Assembly: GCF_001194135.2 (NCBI RefSeq)
Contig: NC_068987.1
Coordinates: 27,312,575-27,376,574, forward strand
Direction of reading: 5' to 3'
DNA: 64,000 nucleotides
From: Octopus bimaculoides
Lineage: Eukaryota
Numbering within the stretch: position 1 is the stretch's first letter; each line of letters opens with the position of its first letter. The position numbers were made by a program, and so were the translations under genes. The notes beneath the pieces were generated by a model that was given only the letters and a program-made list of their open reading frames with translations, did not search any database and was not told the DNA's origin. Of this stretch, positions 41,489-52,971 are shown in pieces.

Positions 41489-44400
41489 TATATGTATATA
41501 TATATAGAGAGAGAGAGAGAAAGAAAGAGAGAGAGAAAGAAAGAGAGAGAGAAAGAAAGAGAGAGAGATATATACACACACAAACACGCATATATATATA
41601 TACACACACATACACACATATATATACTTATATATACATATAAGAAAAATTTACCCTCCAGATGTATACGAATTTATAAGCGCAAATGTATATACAAACG
41701 TACTTTATTTTCCATATGTAATAGGCATTGATACGAATACCATAGTAACTGATAGGTCTTCAGTAATAAGTAATCTGGTGGCGAGTTTTGTTCAAACCGA
41801 AACATAGGTAGATACTATGTTCAATAATGTAAACTAACAAGAGAAATTATTCTCTATTCTTTATGCTCTATCTTTATTTCTTTTTGATTTGATAACTACC
41901 CCATGTAGCCTGTTTTTTTTTCATTTCTGCTAGAGACAAATTTCAGTAACTAATAACGTATTGCAAGAGTCAGTCTGTACATCATCTTTTAATTATATTT
42001 GCCTATCTATCCATTTGTCTCTCTACCTGTCTCCGTATATGTATGCATATATGTATGTGTATATCATATATATAAAAAAAAAAACGTTAAATGCCATAAG
42101 ATAATTCTGATTTTAATAATAATGCTAATATTAATTCACCAAAGACCTTAGGATAAGTAATTTAGGTTCAGTTGACTTATTTTCTTTCAATGGAAAAAAT
42201 TCCCTTGTGCAACATTTCAGTTTTGACGTACATTAAACTTTAAATAAACCTCATTTTAAACTGTTATCAATTTTAATGCAAAGTCGGATTGACAGTTTTT
42301 ATTTTCGTATGACTTCTATTTGGAAGGTAATACGACATTAGATGTGAGAGAAGCACAAGAATTTTGGTAACACACGCACACACATACACACGCACACACA
42401 CATACACACGCACACAGACACACACATCCAAATGTGTATGTTTGTGTAATGTAACAACTATATGTAATGAGGTGAATAGCCATTTGCTTGTGGAGAGACA
42501 ATATGACAAAAATATTGGCAAACAAATCGATTTATGATCGTTATCACTATATAGAGACTTCAATATTTGTCAATGAAAGAGAGATAGAATCATTAGTAGT
42601 TTCACCGAACATGTACACATTCAGGTGTCTCTCACGTTTTGTAATAATAATTTATCTGTTCCGAAGTGGCTGAACAATATTGATACTGTACAAGAGTGCG
42701 TGTATATATTTGTATTTCCGTAATTGCGTATATACAAATAGTCAGAGTAGTTTGTGGCATTAATGTTTCAATGTACATTAACATTTGGGTGTGGCAATTT
42801 AGCAAAGAAAAATTATTTTTTGGCCTAAGATAGCCTTTTATGCGATGTTTGAATTGTTTTATTTAATAATGAAGTTTTGATTTGTTATGCTGAGCTCAAA
42901 TTGCCACCCGATTCTTTTTCTTATATGCTGTTGTTGGTTATTTGGCCACCGTTGGAACCTACTTAAGCGTTCCTATAACCAAACGAAACTGAAGCTGTGA
43001 TGATTCCATGCTTTGTGAGACAATGTGAACGTAGAACCACGTTTAACAACGCACAGTGTCAAAAGGCTATCATTTCAGACGTCATTACCATTTCAAACTA
43101 TATTAAGTGTCCAAGTAGAAAGCCTGTTCGTTACTTATTTAGTATTTCTTTGTAAGGGAAGCACTTGCAAGTTATATTTTCATACATAAGAGGCAAATGA
43201 AAGTGATTTGATTGATTATCAGTTTGGAAGCTCTTCGGTTGGCATTTGCGAGATGATTAAATCAACTGGTCTCTTTAACAATTAGATGGTGTTTCTAATG
43301 GAACACCAAACACGAACTTAAATTCAATCGATTGGATTTTGCTTGGAGGGTGTTTATTAGGAGCAAGATAAATCATTTTAATAGAGGTAATGCGGTTAAT
43401 AATGGTACCAGTATGTTGCTGGCATATTAGCTTTCAACACTAACCAATCAATGCAGAATTTTAATTCATAACATAAAATATGAAAACCTGTAACAAGTAC
43501 TCAAATCTCACGTACTTTTTCGCTTTACTACTTGCCTCATGACCAATATTCAATGGAGTATCTCAAACATTACATGGCGTCAATTTAGAAAGTGTTGATT
43601 AAACCTACTGGCAGGTACTTATTTTCTGATACTCGAAATACGGTGCAATTTGAACGCACACGCTAAAAGGACACTTAAATTTTACTCGATATTCAACTTA
43701 TCACTCTATTGTCTCTGCATTTACCATTCATCAGGGCAATGTATGTTGACTGAGAAACTGTGTTTAGTAAGTAGTATAACTTTACACATGTTATATTGTT
43801 CTAAACTTGTCAGTTCAGACAAAGCCAGCAAGTCCATCTGGGGTGCTGCATTGAAGGGTTTATTGAAACAAGCGACCACAGTACATTTCTTTTAAAGTTT
43901 GTACTTATTCTATCTGTTATTTTGCAAAACTAAGTTCAATCTAATTTCAAGCGAGGTAAGCAAACCAACAAACCCGAACACACACACACAAACACGCATT
44001 CTGTCTCACTCTCTCTCTCTCTCATGCACACACACCTGCATACACTCACCTATTTGTCTGGCACTATATTCCTCGAAGCAGATTTCACAGTTATTCTTCG
44101 TTTGAGATTTACATTATTTTATTTTCGGTGCAACACCAACTCATTCGGTGCTTCTAACACACACACACACACACATACACACACACACACATATATATAT
44201 ATATATGCTACTCTACACATATTCTTTTAACCAAAATCATTCAAAAGACAAAGGTCAAACTGGGGTTATAGTAAGAGACACTCGCCGCAGGTGCAACACC
44301 AAATATGAAGCTTTGTAATTACAAAGCTAACTTCTTAAGCACAATATCAAGACGGCGCCCAAGTCCTCTTTTGTAAGTAAGTACATAAATGATATCCATA

Positions 44401-44579
44401 ATCAACATGCAACGTTCCACATAAAGGCGAAGCTAAATATGTGAAACATTTAAGGATATGTTTATATGGCGGAAAAGAAAGGGAATACCTGCTTTTATTT
44501 TACTTCATTTGTCATGTAATATTACAGTAACATAGTAAGTACCAATTGAAAGCAATGCAATACACGAATAAGCGTACGT

Positions 44580-44840
44580 TTACGGCTGCAAGTAAAACAC
44601 AAGGGCACAAATAGAATTAGTGTGCTGACTTCCTGCGTGGAAAAACGGGATAAAGTGGCTAGTAGAGTGGTAACGTTGGAATAAGTATGGGGGCAGGGAT
44701 AAAGATGATCTAGGTAATTTGTTTGGATCTGACAGTTTAGGCAACGCTGGGAATATATGGTAGCAATAGTAGCTATATAGGAAAAGAGCATTGCAAAGTA
44801 TCATATCAATTGGACTGAGGCTAGATGTGCTAGCAACTGA
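44580..44840 (-). mobile_element. Degraded CR1-like LINE 3' fragment
   Basis: The minus strand reads LFLYSYY...PRSSLSLPPY..., a decayed LFYRYY...RxTRxS...HPY region like that at 24700-24950. Confidence 0.35.
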
Positions 44841-45490
44841 CTTCATGCTAATAAATTATGTGCTTGTTTTGACATGTCAGTTGTTCCGTTACTCAATCAA
44901 TTTACATAATTACAAATATAATAGAAAGTGATTCGTAAACGTCATTAATTTTCACAATTTCCGTGTTTCTGGAGATGATTATTTTTCTGAAAATACGAAA
45001 ATTTATTTTTATATATTTCATTCGGAATAATATTTTTGAGCAGTATTATCTTTGCTTACTTTTGAGCATCATAGATTGAATACCACTGTTTAAGTTTTTA
45101 GAATTTCGAAGAATTAATAATTGAAGGGGACGGTACAACGAACATATGTCAGCTGTGTTGCCTTCCTAGCGTGTTTAATGCAACATAATATGATATTTAT
45201 CAATGAATACCTTCGTCCTATTGCGTTTTATACATATAGGCAGTAATGTTTTTTAAATTATGTATTATAAACATAACGTACTGAAACAGACAAAAGTAGC
45301 ACAATTAATAAATGAATAAATAAAAACAAAGTTTCGGTTCCTCCTAGATTTTTTATGTTAATAGCATTTATATTTAAGAGATACGTTCTAAAACCTAACC
45401 AAATATTTAATGTTCAGTAAAAGGGAGTCGATATAAAAACAATAATAAACAATATAATTAGCGTAACTCTGTAAGGAAAGCTATATTTCT

Positions 45491-45662
45491 GATCTATATT
45501 TAAGAGATGAGGAATTATGTACATTATTTACATTATTTACATTCGACGGATATTTGTCGTCATCTTGTTTGTTGTTAACACAAAGTTTCGGCTGATATAC
45601 CCTCCAGCCTTCTTCAGGTGTATTGGGGAAATTTCGAACCAGGGTTCTCATTCCTAAGGTAA
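45491..45662 (-). mobile_element. Solo hammerhead-bearing repeat with 10-bp TSD
   Basis: Homologous to 52001-52170. Flanked by CTATATTTCT at 45481-45490 and 45663-45672. Confidence 0.85.
45577..45622 (-). ncRNA. Minimal type I hammerhead ribozyme motif (stem III mutated)
   Basis: Minus strand: tACAC CTGAAGA A GGCTG-gagggtatat-CAGCC GAAAC TTT GTGTt. Stem II is perfect, and the G of the ACGT palindrome is replaced by T. Confidence 0.65.
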
Positions 45663-47501
45663 CTATATTTCTATTTAGATTATTCGAATGTTACCTACAT
45701 ACAGCGACAATATAGAGTGGAAAAAGAATTTACAACCCAATTCCTGTCCCAACACTGAAAGGTAACATAGAAGCAAGGATATCTGTATATATAAACGACG
45801 ATGCAGTACCAAAGTATGGTATAATATGAAGACGAGTTCAGATTACAAATTTGAAACAAATATAGTCAGTAGTTTTATGATATGAAGGTAATTTATGTTT
45901 TTATCCAAAATTCCTTTTCCCCATTGACTTTAGTTGCCTTCACAAACACTCTACTTAAATGTGTAATAATAGAGGTAGATAATTCATATTACACTGCATG
46001 TTTATAAGCTGACACGTGAATTTGTAAATATGCAGATCATTTCGTATTTGTGAGAGCGCCAGAACATATACCTTAGCACGCATACTATCATAAATACCTG
46101 CAGTTACACACGACTGCACAGAGAGATAGATATAGAGAGAGAGAGAGGGACAGAGAGAGAAAGAGGCGGACAGAGAAAGAGATGTGGGGAGAGAAAAAGA
46201 ATATAATAGTTGTTGCGTAAATGTGTACGCATGACCCTAATGATGAGTATAATTAGAAATTTCTAGAGAGAAGACAACTATAAAAAAGTTTTATTTTCAA
46301 TTCTTTTTGTCTAAATAGAAAATATTTCTTTGAGTACACAACCAATCACTCACACACATTCTCTTTCACTTTCTTTCTCTCTCTCTCTCTCTCTCTCTCA
46401 CGCACACATACGCACACAAACGCACACACATGCACACATACATATGCATAATACAATTTCTGCGTGTGTTGTTTCGTTGCATGTGTGTGATTTTAGTTTG
46501 TATAAGTGATAATATACACGTGATAATGTAGGTGGGTTTGTGCGTGAATGTGCATAACAAATAAAATCAGTGTAAAGAGTTATATACTTGTATGTGGAAG
46601 TATATTGCCTTCCCTCTTAAGAAACGTTAATGACAGTCGAAGCATTAAATTCCAATTAGTTGAAGTAGATGAAATGGTAGACACTCCTCTCTTCCTTTAT
46701 TCTAATTGTACATGTGTATCTCTTGCATTTATTACACTATTAACACCCATCTTCTATAATAAAACTGTTTCTTCTGTACTTAATGTATGTCAAGTAAACT
46801 TTTCTTTGCGTTTGTACATGTTATGAAGAGTGTAGAATAACACTCAGTTCGTTTCCGGGTTGAATATAATAAACACAACAGTATTACCTAGTTATCTTTC
46901 TATTCTAGAGATTATGCCTAAGAATCCACCAAAGACATCCTTGAACTTCGCAAATTACACGCTGTTTCTGAAAGAAAATGCAACAGCTACGTGTGACAAA
47001 TAGAAGAAAAATTTTGTAGTGTTCGTGTATATTACCTAGTTTATTATCTATGCATCCAAAATTGAAATATGTTGGTTCTTTTAGCGTATTTGAAATTTCT
47101 CTTATTTATTTTATATTTACCACAATATTCGACAGTGTAACTTATTCGAGTCAAATAGAGTAAGCCACTTCATCGTCTTACAGCCTGTCAGAAATAATAG
47201 TAAAATGATCTCTCATATCATGCAATCTAACATCCAAAAGGAAGTGAAGGATATATTCGATACACTACTTCTGAAACAAAGTACGAATTGGTAAAGCTTA
47301 AAAGCGTTTGGCCATATATCTACAAAGACAGAGCTGATTTCAGAACTAAACAAATATGAATAGTTATTGACATAGGGAATTATATGAAAATATAAATCAG
47401 TGTCAAAAGCAATTATCTATTGGGTATCATGAAATTAATTTAATAAGTAGGAAGTTGTGTCTAAAGACATATCTTCTGCATATAACAAGAAGAATGTATT
47501 A

Positions 47502-47721
47502 CAGGGTTGGCCAAAAGTTACCCGACAGTAAATCAAAGTTCCATGGATACCCAATATTCAATTTTATTTATTTATTCCAATTATGAATGCTGTGAGTTAA
47601 AATTACCGTTTTTGCTTTCAATATTTATCTATTTATTAGCGAAGTCACATTTCAAATATTTTTTTGCTTTAATCTTAGAGTTTGTTTTGATTTACTGTCA
47701 GGTATATTTTGGCTAAGCCTG
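47502..47721. mobile_element. Tc1-type MITE
   Basis: TA TSD at 47500-47501 and 47722-47723. ~36-bp TIRs CAGGGTTGGCCAAAAGTTACCCGACAGTAAATCAAA / TTTGATTTACTGTCAGGTATATTTTGGCTAAGCCTG. Confidence 0.85.
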
Positions 47722-48675
47722 TATGATCAGATAATAGTTAGAATATACCCACATCAAATCCAAAGAGAAATATGTTTAGGATATTTTTGTCGAAGAAAGC
47801 AGTTTTGAGTATGTGGGACTGAGCAAATTTCGAAAGAACAGAGACTATTTTAATTACAATAAAATTCTGGTAACTTTGGTTTTTTATGCGATAATCTTGA
47901 TTTGTGACTTAATTAATTTGAATATATATTTTAAAATATTGATTTTGAAATTTCAAGACATTTATAACATATACAGGATATGCAATCCTTGATTTGTAAT
48001 TGAGAAGATACATTATTCGGCCTTATTGTCATTCATTCATGGGTGAGTATAAAATATGCATGTAAAATATTCGTAAATGATTTGAAATAAATGAACTACA
48101 TAATTAAATTATTATTCCATGCCTAAAACTGATGAATTACTTTTTAATGACATTATAATTAATTTCCAATTAGTGAACGATGATGAATTAATTTGGTTTG
48201 AATAACTACATCAAAAATATTTTGCATAATCAATAGTGAACACTAGGGAAAAGGGAGAGTGTTTAATACAATAACTCTATAAATAACTTCTTTGAAACAT
48301 TAACAACATAAAAATACCATGGGTAAAAGAACACGATTTTTGCTAATTGCATTTCCTTTCAGGTCTATTTTGAAGATGTACACATGTTCAACATTATATT
48401 ACAGTTCAAGTAATAGTGGAAATCTCCAGTGCGATCTGTCAAAGTTTTCAATGATATTACTGCCATAGACAAATATATAATCAATATTCTAAAAATCAGG
48501 CTTTCTTACAGGGTGCATAAAACACTACGATAAAATTCCCAAGAAGAAATTTGTCTGAATATTACGTTCAACCATGCGTATGTGGTTAAATTATATATCA
48601 AACTCCAATTTACATTTAGTAATGTATGCTAAAATAATGAAGGTTATTAGAATAATTATATATCTGAAATATATA

Positions 48676-49460
48676 TTGGGTTTAAAGAAATTTCTGTTGC
48701 ATTTGAAGATGTGAAAGAAATAAATGCTTTTTTAGTCTTAATTGATATATTTAATCAAAAATATATTTCCTTTCTTTATTGGTATAAAAGTTTGGCTCAA
48801 GGCCAGCAATTTTGGGGAGGAGCTAAACTGGTACTTGTTTTACCGACCCCGGCAAAGTAAGAATGCTGCTAAGCATTTTACTAGACATGTTAACGATTCT
48901 GCCAGCTTACCATCCATTTCCTTTCGTTATTGATAATGTATCATATTAATAAACTATTAATTCCTCGAACCTTAACGATTCATAGTAAAAATACACTCGT
49001 TTTTAAATACTGTCCAGTTCCCATCTAAGTATTGTTGGAATCATCTGAAAAGATGAAAGTCAGATGGAGCAAGATCAGGAGGATAAGAATACTAGGCAAA
49101 ACATCCATATTTAGTGCAACAATCCTTTCTTGTGTAGCTTGGAAAATACACGTTCCGAAAATATTGTGTAACAGAAACACTTCTTTAGATCGACCAATGC
49201 CGGGAGATTTTTGTGAAAGTTTTACGCCAATGCTTCCAACTGACGCCAGTACTTATCTTCATAAACTGATACCTTTTGATTGAAGACTTTATGACAGACG
49301 GCACATTCCATATCCCACCGAACACAGAGTATAACCTTTTTCCTGTGTAGTCCTGGTTTCGAGATACACTGTCCTTCTTCAGTATGCGCTAACCACTGTC
49401 GTTTTCATTGGATATGATTATGGCGCAGCTAACAAAGGCTTCCACGTCAAACTTTTGCAT
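48676..49460 (-). pseudogene. Mariner (DD34D) transposase pseudogene, interrupted by a SINE
   Basis: The minus strand reads SKPGLHRKKVILCVRWDM...KYWRQLEAL...YPPDLAPSDFHLFR*FQQYLDG...RGINSL...KYIFD* (stop 48751-48753). YPPDLAPSD corresponds to the mariner YSPDLAPSD motif. A TIR-like TA-TTGGGTT...GTTGC starts at 48674. Confidence 0.85.
48782..48915 (-). mobile_element. Internally deleted family A SINE with 17-bp TSD
   Basis: ATTTCCTTTC(T/G)TTATTG at 48765-48781 and 48916-48932. Head TGGTAAGCTGGCAGAATCGTTAAC on the minus strand. Confidence 0.75.
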
Positions 49461-50727
49461 ATGATCCTATTATACAATGGTTATCTGCCATCTTTCTCTG
49501 AACAAAAACCTTCAATAACACGCATGTTAATAAATATAGTAAAGGCTCTCATACTATCAGACAGAACACATCCTCCTAAAAACTTCATTTCACACAGATC
49601 AGCTGAAATATCAGAACCAGACCTTCACGGCATCAATAGGTTTCTAAACCAAAGTCAATTACAAGATGCAACAGGATAAAGGGTTCTAACCCCGACATAT
49701 CGAAGAAAAACTCCTTTACTTTCATTCATTTTGTATTTCTCGTCTTAACAAAAGGTTTTAAAATATATANNNNNNNNNNNNNNNNNNNNNNNNNNNNNNN
49801 NNNNNNNNNNNNNNNNNNNNNNNNNNNNNNNNNNNNNNATATATATATATATATATATATACATACATATATGTATATAAACGGGCTACATGCATGTATT
49901 TCCCCCCCTAAACACAAACACAACAAATGCATACACGCACACGCATTAACATGCACATGACGTACTTGCATTTTCGTACATCAACATTTTTGCTTCCGCT
50001 CAGTTGCCTTTGAAGATATTTTAAAGTCATGCATTTTAAAGTCAGCTCACCATCATCCTAATTATCATTATCTTCCTTCCTATGTATCATTACTTACTAT
50101 TTTTATCATTGCACTTCTGAGTGCTCTCGATTTCGACTGCTCCGGCTAATTTTGTAAGAGCGGATGACAACCTGTTGTTAAGTATCTCACGGAGTCTTCT
50201 TCCACGATACTTAACATCCAAGTTCTAATTAAAAAATTTATCAGTCCCCAATGAAGTAGTTTTCTCCGCATGTTCTGCCCTGACGTCAATCTCAATTTCT
50301 CCAACAAATTTTTGAAACCTGGTTGTTAATGTTCCCAAAGCCCTTACAATTACTGAGACGATATTTACATTCTTCACTGCCAACATACCCACTTTCTCAT
50401 ATTTTAATTGTTTGTACTTCTCAATCATTTCCAGTCCTTAATCATTCACTTGTACAGCCGAAGATATAGAAATATCTATGATCTTGGTTTCTGTCATCTT
50501 TTTAGAAACTGCAACAATGTCTGGGTCCAGGCATCAATCACTGAATCACACTGGATTGTCGAATCACACTGGATTGTCGAATCCCACTAGATCTTACATT
50601 CATTATTTTCGGTAAAAGATTCTAGTTATGTCCTTTCAACACTGTACTTGTCACACAATTTTCAATGAACATACCTAGCTACATTATTTACCTTTGACGG
50701 ATATTTGTCCTCATCGTGTTTGTTGTT

Positions 50728-50773
50728 AGCACAACGTTTCAGCTGATATACCCTCCAGCCTTCATCAGGTGTT
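50728..50773 (-). ncRNA. Minimal type I hammerhead ribozyme motif
   Basis: Minus strand: aaCAC CTGATGA A GGCTG-gagggtatat-CAGCT GAAACGT T GTGct. The catalytic core is intact, stem II closes with G-U, stem III is the palindrome ACGT, and the cleavage triplet is GUU. Confidence 0.75.
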
Positions 50774-50828
50774 TTGGGAAATCTTCGAACCTGGGTTCTC
50801 ATTCCTAAGATATATGCCGATGTTGTTG

Positions 50829-50832
<4 letters not shown>

Positions 50833-50896
<64 letters not shown>

Positions 50897-51630
50897 TAGT
50901 TTTATTTTTATAACGTGCTTTCACTTCACTACCGAGCGCAGCTCTGTGCACCTTGGGTATGTGCTGTGGTTTGCTGTGGTGCTCTTATGTTTACTGTATT
51001 GAAAGTGTTTTGCGTAGAATTTGTGCAGTACCCAGTAGTGCAATTTTCTGTATGTTATATATATTTGTAAGTCCTGGTGTTTTTGTTATGTATTTGTCTG
51101 AATANNNNNNNNNNNNNNNNNNNNNNNNNNNNNNNNNNNNNNNNNNNNNNNNNNNNNNNNNNNNNNNNNNNNNNNNNNNNNNNNNNNNNNNNNNNNNNNN
51201 NNNNNNNNNNNNNNNNNNNNNNNNNNNNNNNNNNNNNNNNNNNNNNNNNNNNNNNNNNNNNNNNNNNNNNNNNNNNNNNNNNNNNNNNNNNNNNNNNNNN
51301 NNNNNNNNNNNNNNNNNNNNNNNNNNNNNNNNNNNNNNNNNNNNNNNNNNNNNNNNNNNNNNNNNNNNNNNNNNNNNNNNNNNNNNNNNNNNNNNNNNNN
51401 NNNNNNNNNNNNNNNNNNNNNNNNNNNNNNNNNNNNNNNNNNNNNNAGTGTATATAGGTCCCCGCTCTGTCGTGTCTGTGAATATATTCCTTCTTAGCCA
51501 GGACTGGGCAGCCAGAGATAATATGATTTATTGTTTCTTGTCGATCTCCACATATTCTACAGTTACTTGTTATATTTCTTTTCATTATGTGTTTTTGGTA
51601 ATTTCTGGTGGGGAGGCTTTGGTCTTGATT
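50833..51630 (-). mobile_element. Younger 5'-truncated Dong/R4-like LINE inserted in (TTA)n
   Basis: The minus strand reads QDQSLPTRNYQKHIM...CRICGDRQETINHIISGCPVLAKKEYIHRHD (CCHC knuckle), gap, YSDKYITKTPGLTNIYNIQKIALLGTAQILRKTLSIQ* (stop 50991-50993), a 3' UTR and a (TAA)n tail. (TTA)n arrays lie on both sides. Confidence 0.85.
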
Positions 51631-51636
51631 ATTTTT

Positions 51637-51667
<31 letters not shown>

Positions 51668-51673
51668 TTATTA

Positions 51674-51713
<40 letters not shown>

Positions 51714-51718
<5 letters not shown>

Positions 51719-51798
51719 TCACTGCCTGGAATCGAACTCGTAAATTTGGGGTTAGTAGCCCGCGCTCTTAACCAACACTCCATATGCCCGTGGGTAAT
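51714..51798 (-). mobile_element. tRNA-derived head, left arm
   Basis: Intact B box GTTCGATTCC (reverse complement of 51728-51737). The A box is mutated (TGGAGTGTTGG). Confidence 0.75.
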
Positions 51799-51877
51799 GA
51801 TGGGGTGAATTTTAGGGGTTATAGCTAGCATTTCTGGACGTATCATTAGATTTCTAAGCCCTAAAATGCAATCTACA

Positions 51878-51962
51878 ATTACCCACGGGCGTATGGCATA
51901 GTGGTTAAGAGCGCGGGCTACTAACCCCAAGTTTCAGAATTCGATTCCAGGCAGTGACCTGA
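51878..51962 (+). mobile_element. tRNA-derived head, right arm
   Basis: A box TGGCATAGTGG at 51894-51904, anticodon-like arm GGG-CTACTAA-CCC, B box ATTCGATTCC (G>A) at 51939-51948. Confidence 0.75.
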
Positions 51963-52039
51963 ATAATAATGATAATAATAATAACAATAACATCACAAGA
52001 TACCTTAGGAATGAGAACCCAGAACCGAAATTTCCCCAA

Positions 52040-52085
52040 GACACCTGATGATCGCTGGAGAGTATATTAGCTGAAACGTTGTGTT
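52040..52085 (+). ncRNA. Minimal type I hammerhead ribozyme motif
   Basis: GACAC CTGATGA t cGCTG-gagagtatat-TAGCt GAAACGT T GTGTT. The core is intact, stem I is 5 bp (one G-U), and the base of stem II is weakened. Confidence 0.7.
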
Positions 52086-52896
52086 AACAACAAACAGGAT
52101 GAAGACAAATATCCGTCAAATGTAAATAATGTAAATAATGTACATAATTCCTCACTTGTTAAATATAGAACTGTAATACCTAGCTACGTTACAATGCTTC
52201 CTTTCTTATTCCGTTTTAGATAATTCTCTACTCTCACTTATTGTCGATGCCATACATCTTACAAAAGGCCTATTCAGTACTCTTACCTATTCGGAACTTG
52301 GTGTAATTACATCTCAAAGATTGTTCCTGGGCGGTGAAAATTAATGCCTCAATCTATCCTTTCAGATCATTTTTCCTTAGCCACCTTCAGGTTTTAGTCT
52401 TGGTTTTCTTTTCCACCTCTTTGAGGTATCGCCCGTGTATCGCTTTAAATTTGCAGTGGCTCAATCTTTGCTCTCCATCTTGTATCGTATTTTTTAATTT
52501 AATTTTTTTTTTGTGTTACATTTTCACTAGTTATCGTGTTGCTATTTCTAACAGCAACAATCAAAAATTCAATCTGCTGCTTTGGCGTACTATTTCAAAC
52601 CAAACCTTTTCTTATTGACAACACAGATCTCGCTTCTTATGAGTCCTCTTCCCACTTTTTTCGAGACACAGGCAATCTATCGACACCGTTTTTAGAGTGC
52701 AGCTCTTTGTTCATCGTCATAGCTTTCTCGGTTTTTCCGTCCATTTTCTCAAGCTTGTTCATTATTCATCTAACAACGCCCTCACCGTATCGCATTAGAG
52801 ACACAACTCATGTATTCATTGCCCTGAGGTCGTTCTTTCTATTGAGTCTACTCTTCGCAATTTACTTGAATCTCCTGAGGTATTCTCACCGAACGA

Positions 52897-52900
<4 letters not shown>

Positions 52901-52968
<68 letters not shown>
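52901..52968. repeat. (CT)n microsatellite
   Basis: Perfect CT array at the 5' truncation point of the old LINE. Confidence 0.95.

Positions 52969-52971
<3 letters not shown>

Larger units (their letters stand above)
50683..52175. mobile_element. Composite palindromic element: two divergent [tRNA-like head + (AAT)n + hammerhead tail] arms, 12-bp TSD
   Basis: ATACCTAGCTAC at 50671-50682 and 52176-52187. Left arm (minus) is 50683-~50890 plus ~51630-51798, the spacer is 51799-51877, and the right arm (plus) is 51878-52175. Confidence 0.85.
50060..52900 (-). mobile_element. Old R4/Dong-like RLE LINE, 3' half, split by the 50683-52175 insertion
   Basis: The minus strand reads EYLRRFK*IAKSRLN...AMNT*VVSLMRYG...ELHSKNGVDRLPVSRK, then WLRKNDLKG*IEALIFTAQEQSLR...KHCNVARY, and after the insertion VARYVH*KLCDKY...WDSTIQCD...PDIVAVSKK..TKIIDISI (PD..D restriction-like endonuclease motif)...IEKYKQL...VIVRALG...SLGT. 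Confidence 0.85.

Noticed and set aside
51055-51930. 291-aa minus ORF as one protein
   Set aside because: It is a chimera of spacer, tRNA head, (AAT)n, LINE knuckle and gap. The true LINE C-terminus is in another frame after the gap.
51714-51962. Two tRNA genes (Ser-like anticodon loop)
   Set aside because: There is no proper acceptor stem, one promoter box is mutated in each, and both are fused to (AAT)n and a repeat tail. They are SINE-type heads.
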